64,000 nucleotides of DNA from a virus. Of the stretch, positions 1-9,663 are shown piece by piece; the stretch's first letter is position 1; each line of letters opens with the position of its first letter. Made by a program: the position numbers and the translations under genes. The notes under the pieces were generated by a model. It had not been told where the DNA came from. It worked only from the letters and a program-made list of their open reading frames with translations, and ran no database searches. The stretch spans positions 113,536 to 177,535 of the IMG/VR virus record IMGVR_UViG_3300047369_000650; one strand, given 5' to 3'.

Positions 1-1
1 G

Positions 2-100
2 TTTTCTGAAGAAGATATGAAAAATATGGAACAAGATGTAGAAGACGAAAATAAAGAAAAAGCGGATGAGATAGATAATATTGAATCTGATAACGAATAG
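2..100 (+). CDS. 3' end of an upstream gene, acidic C-terminus, possibly portal protein gp20
   Basis: Open frame FSEEDMKNMEQDVEDENKEKADEIDNIESDNE* ends at TAG 98-100. The acidic tail and position upstream of the prohead genes fit gp20, but only 32 aa are visible. Confidence 0.35.
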   Translation, partial: FSEEDMKNMEQDVEDENKEKADEIDNIESDNE

Positions 101-115
101 CTCGAAGTTTAAATA

Positions 116-3100
116 ATGTATGATTTAGTTTCCTATATCACGAACAAAGGGCAAAGAGGGACAATAGATCCCTCTAGTTCCCCTGGCGTAATTGCTAGAA
201 CGATTGATTATGATACCGTTTGGGTTGAGTTTTCGGTCGACTTAGAAACTCCACCTAATCCAGATTATATTCGTGGTTGGTTTTTTACCGATGAAACATT
301 ACCTGGTTATAGTTTTTTTCCTAATTCTTCAGCCATACAAACTGGAACTAATCCACCAGATAAAAAGTTATATACGTCTAATGTTCCAGTTAGACTATAT
401 CTTGATGAAGACACAATAATTGATCCTCAAGGAAATAGAGTATTAGATTTTAGATTAAGTACTGCAGTTGCTCAATCTGAAAGTTCTTTAAAAAATGGGC
501 AGTGGATAGAAAGCACAGCCGCCGATATTATATTTACAATATATGCAAATGGTAATCCTGCGCAAGTATTTTTAGATGTGTTGCCAGTGGACGAATTTGA
601 ATCTGATTTTGGTTCACCAACAAATAGTCTTACTATAGATTCCGCATATATTAATGGAATGAGAGTTGACTCAGCTCATATTAGACATTTAGCATATGTG
701 AATCTTATTGAAGGTGATTCTGCTCAATTTGAACATATTGCCACAAATACTTTGGCAGCTAACACTCTTATCACAGATTTAGAAATTAATGGTCAGAAAA
801 TATATGGTGTTGGATCAGCACTTAGCGGTAATACATTAGATTTAGATTACGACGAGCCAACTGATAGAGACAATAGTGTAGCAATTACTTCGTTACAATC
901 TATACATAATTTTTTAGATGTCAATAATAGCGAAACCGGAAATTATTGGGCACTATATAACAATTTAAATGCATATACTGATACTATTAATAAAAATAAT
1001 GCCATTTTTAGTATTGATGAAACTGGTGCTGTTGTAGCAAAATCTCTTGAAGTCAACCAGTATATTTTAGATAGTGGCGGATTAAAATGGTCTAAAGATA
1101 GTAATGTAAAAATATACTATGATAGCGATGTTCAAGCTTGGAGAATAGAACCAGATTTATTTGGTTATGCAGACTCTGTAACACCAGGCGCTGATTCAGA
1201 CTTATCTTTATCTTCAGATAATTTACTTTTAAATCTTTCTGGAAAAGATGGACAATTCTTATCTTATGGAGAAGCATCTGAAGCATATTATTTAGATTAT
1301 GCACTTAAAACTGGTAGATTTATATTTGACGATGATCAGTTAAATGAAGAAAAAGAGTTTATTCCAGACACTCAACTTGAGTCTATGGATTCTCAGGGTA
1401 AGTACAAATACTACGATCAGTTCAGTAATTTTTCTCACTATAATATAAGAGAATTTGATAGTGATCCCGTTGAAAATTTTACCTTTCCTTTTAATGATTC
1501 AGACGCTCAAGTATTAAGATATGACGAAATCACTAATAGCATTTATAGTGATTTTGCACCAAGAACATTTGCTGGTTTTATATCACCTAAAAGATATAAC
1601 TCATATAATATAAAAGCAACATTTAGTTCTACTACAGCTACAGATTTTCCAATATTTCTAGTAGTAGCACAGCTAAAAATAAGAGGTAGAGAATATACTA
1701 TTAGTGCTTTTAGGAGACCAAAAGGCATTCTTCAAGAGCATAGTGATTATTTAGAGCTTGACCATATTGCTGTAAACCCACCTTCATGGGGCTTAGTTTA
1801 CAACTACGGACAATCAGATGAATATTACTTTGATTTTGATTGGGTGACAAGAGGAATGGCACCAGCACCAGTTACACCAACATTTGATGGGCAATCTACT
1901 AGCGATTGGGTTTCTGCTGGTCAGACAACTGTATGGGGATATAAAGATAATAATATATTATTTGTTGCAACAAATCAATTTGGTTCTACAGATATAGAAA
2001 ATCCAGAATTAAAAACTGTAATTTTATTAAATATAGAAGAAGAAATAGCAGCGGGCAGTACATTTTTAGAGCCGTTTTTAAATGCAGAAACATCTTATGG
2101 ATTTGGTACACAAAACCAGACTAATGCTGTTATAACAAACATTTTATTTACAACCGAAGATAACGATAAAAATATATTTGATTTAAAAAATGATTTAATT
2201 TATACCTTTGTTTCAGATAGAGAAAAAGATGAATTTGGGGTTAATTCTTCTGGATATTATATTTTAGATAGTAGTGTCGGTGTTGATCAAGTAATGAATA
2301 CTGGTAGACTATTTTATAATGATAGATCAAAAATACTATACTGGAAAGATCCAGATAATTCGTATCAGCTTATAAAAGAAGTTGATTTAAGTGGCTTACC
2401 TCAAAGTTCTGCATATGTAGAAATGAGGGGAACCGGATTAAATAATAATTCTCCAGCATATCTTTACATCGATAACGAAACAGAATATTTTGAGTTTAAT
2501 CAAAATCCTATTTTATTAAAAGGTTATCATGGGCATGGTAGAGGATTAAATCTTACTACATTTGATACTGTCGGCACAAAACTTTCTTCGACTACATTTG
2601 ATACACACGGATCAGACTCAAATTCCACTTTACTTTCTGATGCAATTAATAATATGACTAATGGTCATATTGGTGCAATAACATCATATGATGCTTGGAT
2701 AGCAAATGTAAATGATACTCTCAGAACTACTGCCTTCGACCAAGGATTAATGAAACTCTATAATGCACCAACAAGTCCTATTAGAAATCCGTATGCTGCA
2801 GTATTTCAGAAAACCGGTATTAATGGGACCGTAAAAGCACATGAAATAAGTAGTGATGATTCTTCAGCTTCTCTATATGCAGATTTAACATTTAGTATTA
2901 CAAGAGGCACATTTCACACATATGGTCCAGAGCAGCCAAACTCTTTATCGTCTTGGAACGGTAAAAGAGAGGCTTGGATAGATGAAAATCATAATACTAA
3001 AATTAATAATACTCTTATGCTTACCGAAGGTAGATATAAAGGTATGGCATTTGAAGGAACATCTTTTACTGCTAGTGGTATTAATGAAGATAGTGCTAGA

Positions 3101-6100
3101 ATTTATCTTACATCAGAAGAAGATTCTCAGAGAACAATGGTTCTTAAAGTTGGAGATAATCTTAGTGATAAGATAGCATTTGAAGTTCCTGATAATGATG
3201 GCGTATTACAAAACGGGTTTATAAATTTTCATAGAGGTAATTTACATATTGTATTTGATCAAACACCACAACTAGGTGGCGATTTAGATGTACAACAGTT
3301 TAGAATGTATAGAGAAAATTTAAATAATGAAATGATTGATCTTGGTTATACTTTAGGTTACGGTAGTAATAGTATAGCAATTTCGGCACGGCAAAGTATA
3401 TTTAATTTCTTAGACAATAATAATAACGAAGAAGATAATTTCTTTGGTATATTTTCCAATAAAAATGCTAATTTAGAAGCCACAACTGTAGATGATGCTG
3501 TTTTTGCTGTTATGGAAGACGGGTCTATAAAATTTAATTTCGAAGATTCTTCGACTACCATAACAGAAATAGGGACTAGTACCGGAAGACAAGAGGGTTT
3601 AACAACCGATGACGTTCCGGAAGGACCATCAGGATTAAATCTATATTTTGATTCTGCTAGAATGTTTATAGCACTAAAGCACGAAAATACTAATAATAAC
3701 TCTGTATATGATGCTGCCGGTGGCGGTATAGGTAATATTAATGTTAATCAAGCAACTAAAACAATTGAATTTGAAGGTATTACTAATACAGATGGATTAC
3801 CAGAAGGTGCTAATAATTTATACTTTACAGACGAAAGAGCACAAGATGCTGTTGGTAATATTATGTCTGGTGATGATGATATATTAGTTACTTATACTGA
3901 TAATGGCGGCGCAGCGGGCACTATAGAAATAACATCGACACTTACGCAAGGATCGGTATTTGGATTACAAACTAAGTATGAATTACAGGGCGATGGAACA
4001 GCATCTAATAATGGACAAATAAAATTAAATATTGATTCTAATGGGGTCTCAAGAACTGAAACTATTACAGTTACTGGTCTTAATGGAATCAATATTGATG
4101 GTTCTGGTACAAACTCATTAGTAGTTGATGCAGGTTCTTTAGTTAAAACTTATTCAGTATCAAGCGGTGATGTAACGGGCGGATCTAAACTAATTCTCAC
4201 TGAAACTGATGTTGATAATAATACGGTAGATGATCAGGTTAGCTTTTTAGGTGCCGATGGTATTTCAGTATCTCAAGCCTCTGATGCAATAACAATATCT
4301 GGAATTGATCTTCAAGCTGTAAGTACGATTACAGCAAATCAGACTGGTGGTAATAGTTTTATAACTTTAAATGATTCTAGCCCTGTTGCTGGAATTACTA
4401 CAACTAATTTAGGTGTTACTGGAGCAAACGGTATTGAAATTAGTGTTGATAGTAATGGTGCAGGTAATGCTACTTTGGGTATCAGTGCAGCCGCTCTTCA
4501 AATTACTTCTACGCTACAAGCTAATGCATCTGCTGCCGGTGTTGATACTAGAATTACTTTTACCGAAACAGATGCTGCATCAAATTCTACAGCACAATTT
4601 ATAGAATTTACTGGTACTGGCGGTATAACAGTTTCGTCTATAGCACCAGCCGGTGTTCATGACGGAATAATAACAATTGGTGCGGATAGTATGCACCACC
4701 CAAATACTACATATATTGCCAAGTTTGCTGATCCGCCTGGTGTTACAGAGAATGAAGTTGATTTTAAATTAATACACCAAGGTCCAGATAGTGGCGAAGA
4801 TACAACACTAAAGATTAAATCTGTCGATGGTATTTTAACAAGAGAATCTGATGGAGAACTTGTTATTGGTGCAATAGTTCAGATTGAACAGATTAATAAC
4901 GAGACAATTACATTTTCAACTGATGCAACTGATGCTGCAATTTCTCTTGGCACTACAACCGAGTTTACAACAAATAGTTCTACATCAGAAACAATTACAA
5001 TTAATCATGGTGCTACAGGATCTGGCGCTGCCCAAACTTCTGCAAATAGTGGTCAAACTGTTATACAGAATATTTCACTGGATAAATTTGGCCATGTACA
5101 ATCAATTACTAATGGTACAGTTGTTGGTCAATATCTTATGGCTGCAACTGGTGTTAATGAAGCCAATCTAAGATTTGATACTCAGGCTAATGGACAAAGT
5201 GGTTCTGCACAAGATGTAACCCTTAAGGGTGGTGGGGCTGTTGTAGTAAGGTACGTAAACTCAACAGAAATAGAAATTGATGTAGATAGTTCACAGTTTG
5301 CGCTTGGTTCTATAGGTGGTCATACCGACGTAGATATTACTACGAACGCACCAACTAATGGTCAAGCTTTAAAATGGAATGGAACAAATTTTGTTCCTGG
5401 CGATGTTGCTGTTTCTCTTGCAATGGATGATCTTTCAGATGTTAGTACAGCGGGTATAACTAATGGTCAAGCTATAATTTATAATGGAACATCTTTTGTT
5501 GCAGGTGATGCAGGAGAGACATATACCGCAGGAACTGGACTTTCTCTTGATGTAAATAATGAATTTACTAATACCGCCCCTGATCAAACAGTATCTTTAA
5601 CAGGTAGTGGAGCAACATCTGTCAGTGGAACATATCCTAGCTTTACTATTAGTAGCACAGATACGAACACTGACACAACATATTCAGCTGGTAACGGCAT
5701 TAGTTTAAGCGGTACCACATTTAGTGTTGGTGCTGGTAGTGGATTAACTCAAACTACGGGCGGCTTAGGAATGTCTGGGTCTTACACTGGTAATTTCCTT
5801 CTTACTGGCGCCTTTACAGCAACTGGAGATATTACTGCATTCGGAACATCTGATAAAAGATTAAAGACTAATATTTCTGTAATTGATAATGCTTTAGATA
5901 AGATAAATAAAATTTCTGGATATACATTTAACTGGAATGAATTAGCGGAAGATAAAGATCAAACTCTTAGAGAGGCTGGAGTTTTAGCCCAAGAAGTTGA
6001 AGAAGTATTACCAGAAGTTACTACAACAAGAGAAGATGGGTATAAAGCTGTTAGATATGAAAAACTGGTTCCATTATTAATTGAAGCAATTAAAGAACTT

Positions 6101-6136
6101 TCCGAAAAAGTTGAAAGACTTGAAAGGGAAAAATAA
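116..6136 (+). CDS. Long tail fibre protein with C-terminal intramolecular chaperone (peptidase S74-like)
   Basis: 2006 aa, T/G/S/N-rich. Fibre repeats (TDDVPEG..NLYF, TDGLPEGANNLYFTDER, TNGQALKWNG). C-terminal SDKRLKTNI...GVLAQEVEEVLPE...VRYEKLVPLLIEAIKEL is typical of S74 chaperone domains. Confidence 0.85.
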   Translation: MYDLVSYITNKGQRGTIDPSSSPGVIARTIDYDTVWVEFSVDLETPPNPDYIRGWFFTDETLPGYSFFPNSSAIQTGTNPPDKKLYTSNVPVRLYLDEDTIIDPQGNRVLDFRLSTAVAQSESSLKNGQWIESTAADIIFTIYANGNPAQVFLDVLPVDEFESDFGSPTNSLTIDSAYINGMRVDSAHIRHLAYVNLIEGDSAQFEHIATNTLAANTLITDLEINGQKIYGVGSALSGNTLDLDYDEPTDRDNSVAITSLQSIHNFLDVNNSETGNYWALYNNLNAYTDTINKNNAIFSIDETGAVVAKSLEVNQYILDSGGLKWSKDSNVKIYYDSDVQAWRIEPDLFGYADSVTPGADSDLSLSSDNLLLNLSGKDGQFLSYGEASEAYYLDYALKTGRFIFDDDQLNEEKEFIPDTQLESMDSQGKYKYYDQFSNFSHYNIREFDSDPVENFTFPFNDSDAQVLRYDEITNSIYSDFAPRTFAGFISPKRYNSYNIKATFSSTTATDFPIFLVVAQLKIRGREYTISAFRRPKGILQEHSDYLELDHIAVNPPSWGLVYNYGQSDEYYFDFDWVTRGMAPAPVTPTFDGQSTSDWVSAGQTTVWGYKDNNILFVATNQFGSTDIENPELKTVILLNIEEEIAAGSTFLEPFLNAETSYGFGTQNQTNAVITNILFTTEDNDKNIFDLKNDLIYTFVSDREKDEFGVNSSGYYILDSSVGVDQVMNTGRLFYNDRSKILYWKDPDNSYQLIKEVDLSGLPQSSAYVEMRGTGLNNNSPAYLYIDNETEYFEFNQNPILLKGYHGHGRGLNLTTFDTVGTKLSSTTFDTHGSDSNSTLLSDAINNMTNGHIGAITSYDAWIANVNDTLRTTAFDQGLMKLYNAPTSPIRNPYAAVFQKTGINGTVKAHEISSDDSSASLYADLTFSITRGTFHTYGPEQPNSLSSWNGKREAWIDENHNTKINNTLMLTEGRYKGMAFEGTSFTASGINEDSARIYLTSEEDSQRTMVLKVGDNLSDKIAFEVPDNDGVLQNGFINFHRGNLHIVFDQTPQLGGDLDVQQFRMYRENLNNEMIDLGYTLGYGSNSIAISARQSIFNFLDNNNNEEDNFFGIFSNKNANLEATTVDDAVFAVMEDGSIKFNFEDSSTTITEIGTSTGRQEGLTTDDVPEGPSGLNLYFDSARMFIALKHENTNNNSVYDAAGGGIGNINVNQATKTIEFEGITNTDGLPEGANNLYFTDERAQDAVGNIMSGDDDILVTYTDNGGAAGTIEITSTLTQGSVFGLQTKYELQGDGTASNNGQIKLNIDSNGVSRTETITVTGLNGINIDGSGTNSLVVDAGSLVKTYSVSSGDVTGGSKLILTETDVDNNTVDDQVSFLGADGISVSQASDAITISGIDLQAVSTITANQTGGNSFITLNDSSPVAGITTTNLGVTGANGIEISVDSNGAGNATLGISAAALQITSTLQANASAAGVDTRITFTETDAASNSTAQFIEFTGTGGITVSSIAPAGVHDGIITIGADSMHHPNTTYIAKFADPPGVTENEVDFKLIHQGPDSGEDTTLKIKSVDGILTRESDGELVIGAIVQIEQINNETITFSTDATDAAISLGTTTEFTTNSSTSETITINHGATGSGAAQTSANSGQTVIQNISLDKFGHVQSITNGTVVGQYLMAATGVNEANLRFDTQANGQSGSAQDVTLKGGGAVVVRYVNSTEIEIDVDSSQFALGSIGGHTDVDITTNAPTNGQALKWNGTNFVPGDVAVSLAMDDLSDVSTAGITNGQAIIYNGTSFVAGDAGETYTAGTGLSLDVNNEFTNTAPDQTVSLTGSGATSVSGTYPSFTISSTDTNTDTTYSAGNGISLSGTTFSVGAGSGLTQTTGGLGMSGSYTGNFLLTGAFTATGDITAFGTSDKRLKTNISVIDNALDKINKISGYTFNWNELAEDKDQTLREAGVLAQEVEEVLPEVTTTREDGYKAVRYEKLVPLLIEAIKELSEKVERLEREK

Positions 6137-7359
6137 TGCCATTTATACCAAACACCGGAGCTATATCATTTAATAATAACATAGAAGATGTATTTGAAGA
6201 TCAGTCAACTCCTGCAATGAGTTTATCAGAGTTTTATAGAAATGGAACTAATGTTCAAACAGCTATATCCGCAACTAATGTTATAACTAATTCTGTAGTT
6301 ACATCTGGAATCCCTACAAGCGGTCAAATTAGTTTTAGCGATTTTAGAAATCAAGGATTTAATACTATACCGGTATCGGCAATATTTGATAGAAGTAATG
6401 TTACACTTGGTTCAAATGTTACTTTTACTGTACCAGCCAACGTCACCCAAATATCTGCTGTTTGTGTAGGCGCTGGAGGCGGCGGAGGAGGTAATTCATC
6501 TACTTCATTTACTGGAGCATCTGCAGGCGGTGGGGGCGGTACAGTCTATGGTAATATTTCAGTATCTCCAGGTGATACTTTTACTGTAGTGGTCGGCGCG
6601 GGTGGTGCTGGCGGAACAAGTTCCGGAGCAGATGGGTCTGATGGTGGTGATACTTATATTCTTGACTCGAGTGGTTCTACAAGACTAATTGCATATGGCG
6701 GTGAGGGCGGACTAACTGATGTAAACAATAACACTGCAGGTGGTGCCGGTGGTATGAGTGGCGGCTCTGATAAAACGGGCGGAGGTACTGGTGGCCGCGG
6801 CGGTTCTAGTTCAACAGCTATCCCACATAAATCTCCAGGTGGTGGTGGTGCAGGTGGTTATCAGAGTTCTGGTGGTCGTGGTTGGCATGCGGATGGATCC
6901 CCGTCGGCTGGTACTGGCTTTGCAGGTGGTGGTGGGGGTGGCTCAAGAACACAGTCAAGTTCTTCAAATAATGGGTTTCCAGAAGATTTTCAAGCTGGTG
7001 GCGCTACTGGAATATACGGTATGGGTGATGGTGGGCAAGCATTCATCAACTCACCGCTTGGTGTACATGTGCAATACTCAAGACACGGAAGCAATTGGAA
7101 ATCAGCAGCTTTCTTTGCTGGTCCGTTAGGACCATCAAGCGGTGCAGGTTCGATAACTCCACCAACTTCTGGTTCAGCTAATCATCCATCATTTAGCGGT
7201 CAAGCTGCTTCACCTGGCGGTGGTGGTGCTGGTATTATTCAAAGTACTATTGGTCATGGACAAAAAGGCGGTGATGGGGCTGTAAGAATTGTTTGGGGCA
7301 ATCAAAGTAATGGAGCAACAAGGCAATATCCCGATTATGATGATGTATTGGGAGATTAA
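6136..7359 (+). CDS. Glycine-rich tail fibre adhesin (gp38-like)
   Basis: Coupled to the fibre gene (TAATG). N-terminal GAISF...SLSEFY...IPTSGQISFSDF segment followed by many GxGGGGG motifs. Confidence 0.6.
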   Translation: MPFIPNTGAISFNNNIEDVFEDQSTPAMSLSEFYRNGTNVQTAISATNVITNSVVTSGIPTSGQISFSDFRNQGFNTIPVSAIFDRSNVTLGSNVTFTVPANVTQISAVCVGAGGGGGGNSSTSFTGASAGGGGGTVYGNISVSPGDTFTVVVGAGGAGGTSSGADGSDGGDTYILDSSGSTRLIAYGGEGGLTDVNNNTAGGAGGMSGGSDKTGGGTGGRGGSSSTAIPHKSPGGGGAGGYQSSGGRGWHADGSPSAGTGFAGGGGGGSRTQSSSSNNGFPEDFQAGGATGIYGMGDGGQAFINSPLGVHVQYSRHGSNWKSAAFFAGPLGPSSGAGSITPPTSGSANHPSFSGQAASPGGGGAGIIQSTIGHGQKGGDGAVRIVWGNQSNGATRQYPDYDDVLGD

Positions 7360-7378
7360 AAGTCAAAAACTTAATTTA

Positions 7379-7386
7379 TATAAATA
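7379..7386 (+). promoter_or_regulatory. T4-type late promoter
   Basis: TATAAATA 22 nt upstream of the prohead gene cluster; gp55 is encoded in the window. Confidence 0.8.
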
Positions 7387-7408
7387 ATCTAAAATATGGA
7401 GAATAATT

Positions 7409-7738
7409 ATGGATGATGAATTAAATAATGTTACAGATGTTTCAGACGAAAACATCGAAAGTCTTGAAGATATTGATACAGTAGATACATCTGCTGAAGA
7501 AGATACAAGTGATGAACCAGAAGTAGAACTAGATCCAATCGAAGCGATGATATCGTCTATTGAGGATAAAGATTTTGTAAATTCTTCAAATATTTTTAAT
7601 AATTTGGTTTCTGATAAATTAGCAGATGCAATTGATAATAAAAGAATTGAATTAGCTAATAGATTATATAATAACGCACCTGAAGAAGTAGATGCAGAAG
7701 TAGATATGGAAGTAGAAGTAGAAGATGAAATCGTTTAA
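7409..7738 (+). CDS. Acidic prohead core-like protein (gp67 position)
   Basis: Very acidic 109 aa upstream of gp21; assignment by synteny. Confidence 0.5.
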   Translation: MDDELNNVTDVSDENIESLEDIDTVDTSAEEDTSDEPEVELDPIEAMISSIEDKDFVNSSNIFNNLVSDKLADAIDNKRIELANRLYNNAPEEVDAEVDMEVEVEDEIV

Positions 7739-7919
7739 AACTTTAAAAGCCAGCTTAGATGAATCTAAGAAGATGAAAGTTAAAGGCATTGCAATTGAGA
7801 TTGTAAAGGTCAAAAATAAGTTTCAGGCTAAAGTTGATGGTGACGTTTTAGATACTTATGCTTCGGAAAAAGAAGCTGAGAAAATGGCGAAAGAATTCGT
7901 CAAACAGTATAAAGGATAA
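7725..7919 (+). CDS. Small basic hypothetical protein (gp68 position)
   Basis: 64 aa, overlaps the previous gene, directly upstream of gp21. Confidence 0.45.
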   Translation: MKSFKTLKASLDESKKMKVKGIAIEIVKVKNKFQAKVDGDVLDTYASEKEAEKMAKEFVKQYKG

Positions 7920-7923
7920 AACT

Positions 7924-8577
7924 ATGAAGCTTATTGCGGAATACAATGATCAAGAACTATCTTATGTTACCGAAGAGGTAGATGAGAGTGGTAAGAAAAA
8001 CTATGTGATCGAAGGTATCTTCGCACAAGCTGAAAGTAAGAATAGAAACGGCAGAATCTACCCTAGAGGTATTATGGAGTCTGCAGTTCATAAATTTGCG
8101 ACTGAACAAGTTGCAACTAAGAGAGCGGTTGGAGAGTTAAATCATCCAGAAGGACCAACTGTTAACTTAGATAAGGTTTCGCATCGCATTACCGAGATGA
8201 CTTGGGAAGGTAATAATGTGATGGGGAAAGCGCTTATATTAGATACTCCAATGGGAAACATTGTAAAAGGTCTCCTCGATGGTGGTGTTCAACTAGGCGT
8301 TTCAACTCGTGGTATGGGAAGTCTTGAGAATCGTAATGGGACAATGTATGTAAAGGAAGACTTTATGTTAAACACTGTCGACATTGTACAAGATCCATCT
8401 GCTCCAGAAGCTTTCGTTAATGGGATTATGGAAGGTGTAGAGTGGGTTTGGAACAATGGTGTTATTCAACCTCAAGATATTGAAGAAATTGAGACTGAAA
8501 TTAAAAAAGCTCCGCGTGCTGATATGCATTTAGTGCAGGAACGTGAGTTTAAGAATTTCCTCTCGTTGCTCAAATAA
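7924..8577 (+). CDS. gp21: Prohead protease gp21
   Basis: MKLIAE start at 7924 after AAGGA; motifs IEGIFAQAE..NRNGRIYP, GELNHP, GVSTRGMGSL, DIVQDPSAPEAFV. Confidence 0.95.
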   Translation: MKLIAEYNDQELSYVTEEVDESGKKNYVIEGIFAQAESKNRNGRIYPRGIMESAVHKFATEQVATKRAVGELNHPEGPTVNLDKVSHRITEMTWEGNNVMGKALILDTPMGNIVKGLLDGGVQLGVSTRGMGSLENRNGTMYVKEDFMLNTVDIVQDPSAPEAFVNGIMEGVEWVWNNGVIQPQDIEEIETEIKKAPRADMHLVQEREFKNFLSLLK

Positions 8578-8591
8578 AAGAGGAGTCAAAC

Positions 8592-9644
8592 ATGACTGAT
8601 CAAATACAAGACCAGGAAGTTGAGCTCGATGAAGCAGCGGAAGTTGTGGACGAAGCTCATGATCCTAAAAATGCAGAAGCTCAATCAGTCGACAGTGTCG
8701 ATAAAGCAGCTAAAGCAGTAACAAAACAGGCGCCAATTCCGAAAACAAAAGCGGGAATGGTTAATGCTATGTACGGTAAGCTACAAGCAATGAAAAAAGC
8801 GGATCTTCAAGCGTCATATAAAACTATGATGGGCGAAGAAGTTGAAATCGAAGATGAGATTGTTGTCTCAGAACATAAAGAAGACCTTCAAGCACTTATT
8901 GCTAACGAAGAGGGTCTTGCGGAAGGTTTCAAAGAAAAAGCCGCTACAATTTTTGAAGCAGCTGTTAATTCAAAAGTGAATGAAGCAGTAGCTAAGAAAG
9001 AAGCTGAACTCGAAGCAACTATTGCTGAAAGAGTAACAGCCCTTGAAGAGCATTATGCAACAGAAATTGAAGAAGGTCTCAACGAAACACGTGGAGAGCT
9101 TGTTGAGAAAATCGACAGCTATCTAAACTATGTAGTTGAAACTTGGATGGAAGAAAACAAATTGGCTGTAGAAGCTGGTTTGAGAACAGAGATTGCAGAA
9201 ACATTCATGAACAATTTGAAAGACTTGTTTACTGAATCTTATATCGAAGTTCCAGAATCCAAAATTGATCTTGTGGACGATTTGGTAGAGCAAGTTGAAG
9301 AGCTTGAAAGCCAATTGAATTCACAAACAGAGAAAAACATGGAAATGTCAGAATCTGTAAAATCAATGAAAAAAGAAGTTTGCATTCGTGAAGCTTCTAA
9401 AGACCTAGCAGAAACACAAGTTGAAAAACTTAGAAGTCTTGCTGAAAGTGTTGACTTTACAACCGAAGAAGATTTTGCTTCAAAAATCTCTACACTTAAA
9501 GAATCATATTTTGCTCAGAAACCTGTAGAAACTACAGAAGCACCAGTAGAAATGGTTAATGAAAGTGTTGTAGAAGAAGAAGCTGATGAAACAGAAATTT
9601 CAAGCAACATGGATAAATATCTCTCAGCATTGAGAACATCTTAA
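8592..9644 (+). CDS. gp22: Prohead core scaffold protein gp22
   Basis: Acidic coiled coil with EEFKEKAATIFEAAV-like and IDSYLNYVVE.WMEEN motifs; between gp21 and gp23. Confidence 0.92.
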   Translation: MTDQIQDQEVELDEAAEVVDEAHDPKNAEAQSVDSVDKAAKAVTKQAPIPKTKAGMVNAMYGKLQAMKKADLQASYKTMMGEEVEIEDEIVVSEHKEDLQALIANEEGLAEGFKEKAATIFEAAVNSKVNEAVAKKEAELEATIAERVTALEEHYATEIEEGLNETRGELVEKIDSYLNYVVETWMEENKLAVEAGLRTEIAETFMNNLKDLFTESYIEVPESKIDLVDDLVEQVEELESQLNSQTEKNMEMSESVKSMKKEVCIREASKDLAETQVEKLRSLAESVDFTTEEDFASKISTLKESYFAQKPVETTEAPVEMVNESVVEEEADETEISSNMDKYLSALRTS

Positions 9645-9663
9645 TTTAAGGGGACAAAAGAAA

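Noticed and set aside
6460-7290. GGT/GGC-rich low-complexity DNA as a nucleotide repeat element
   Set aside because: Explained by polyglycine coding in the adhesin.
7858-7923. Longer upstream starts given by the ORF track (gp21 7858, hsp20 22838, 29715, 30478, 31726, 37433, 48449, 48933, 54940)
   Set aside because: Downstream starts have better RBSs or coupling and match expected N-termini; the extensions overlap promoters or upstream genes.
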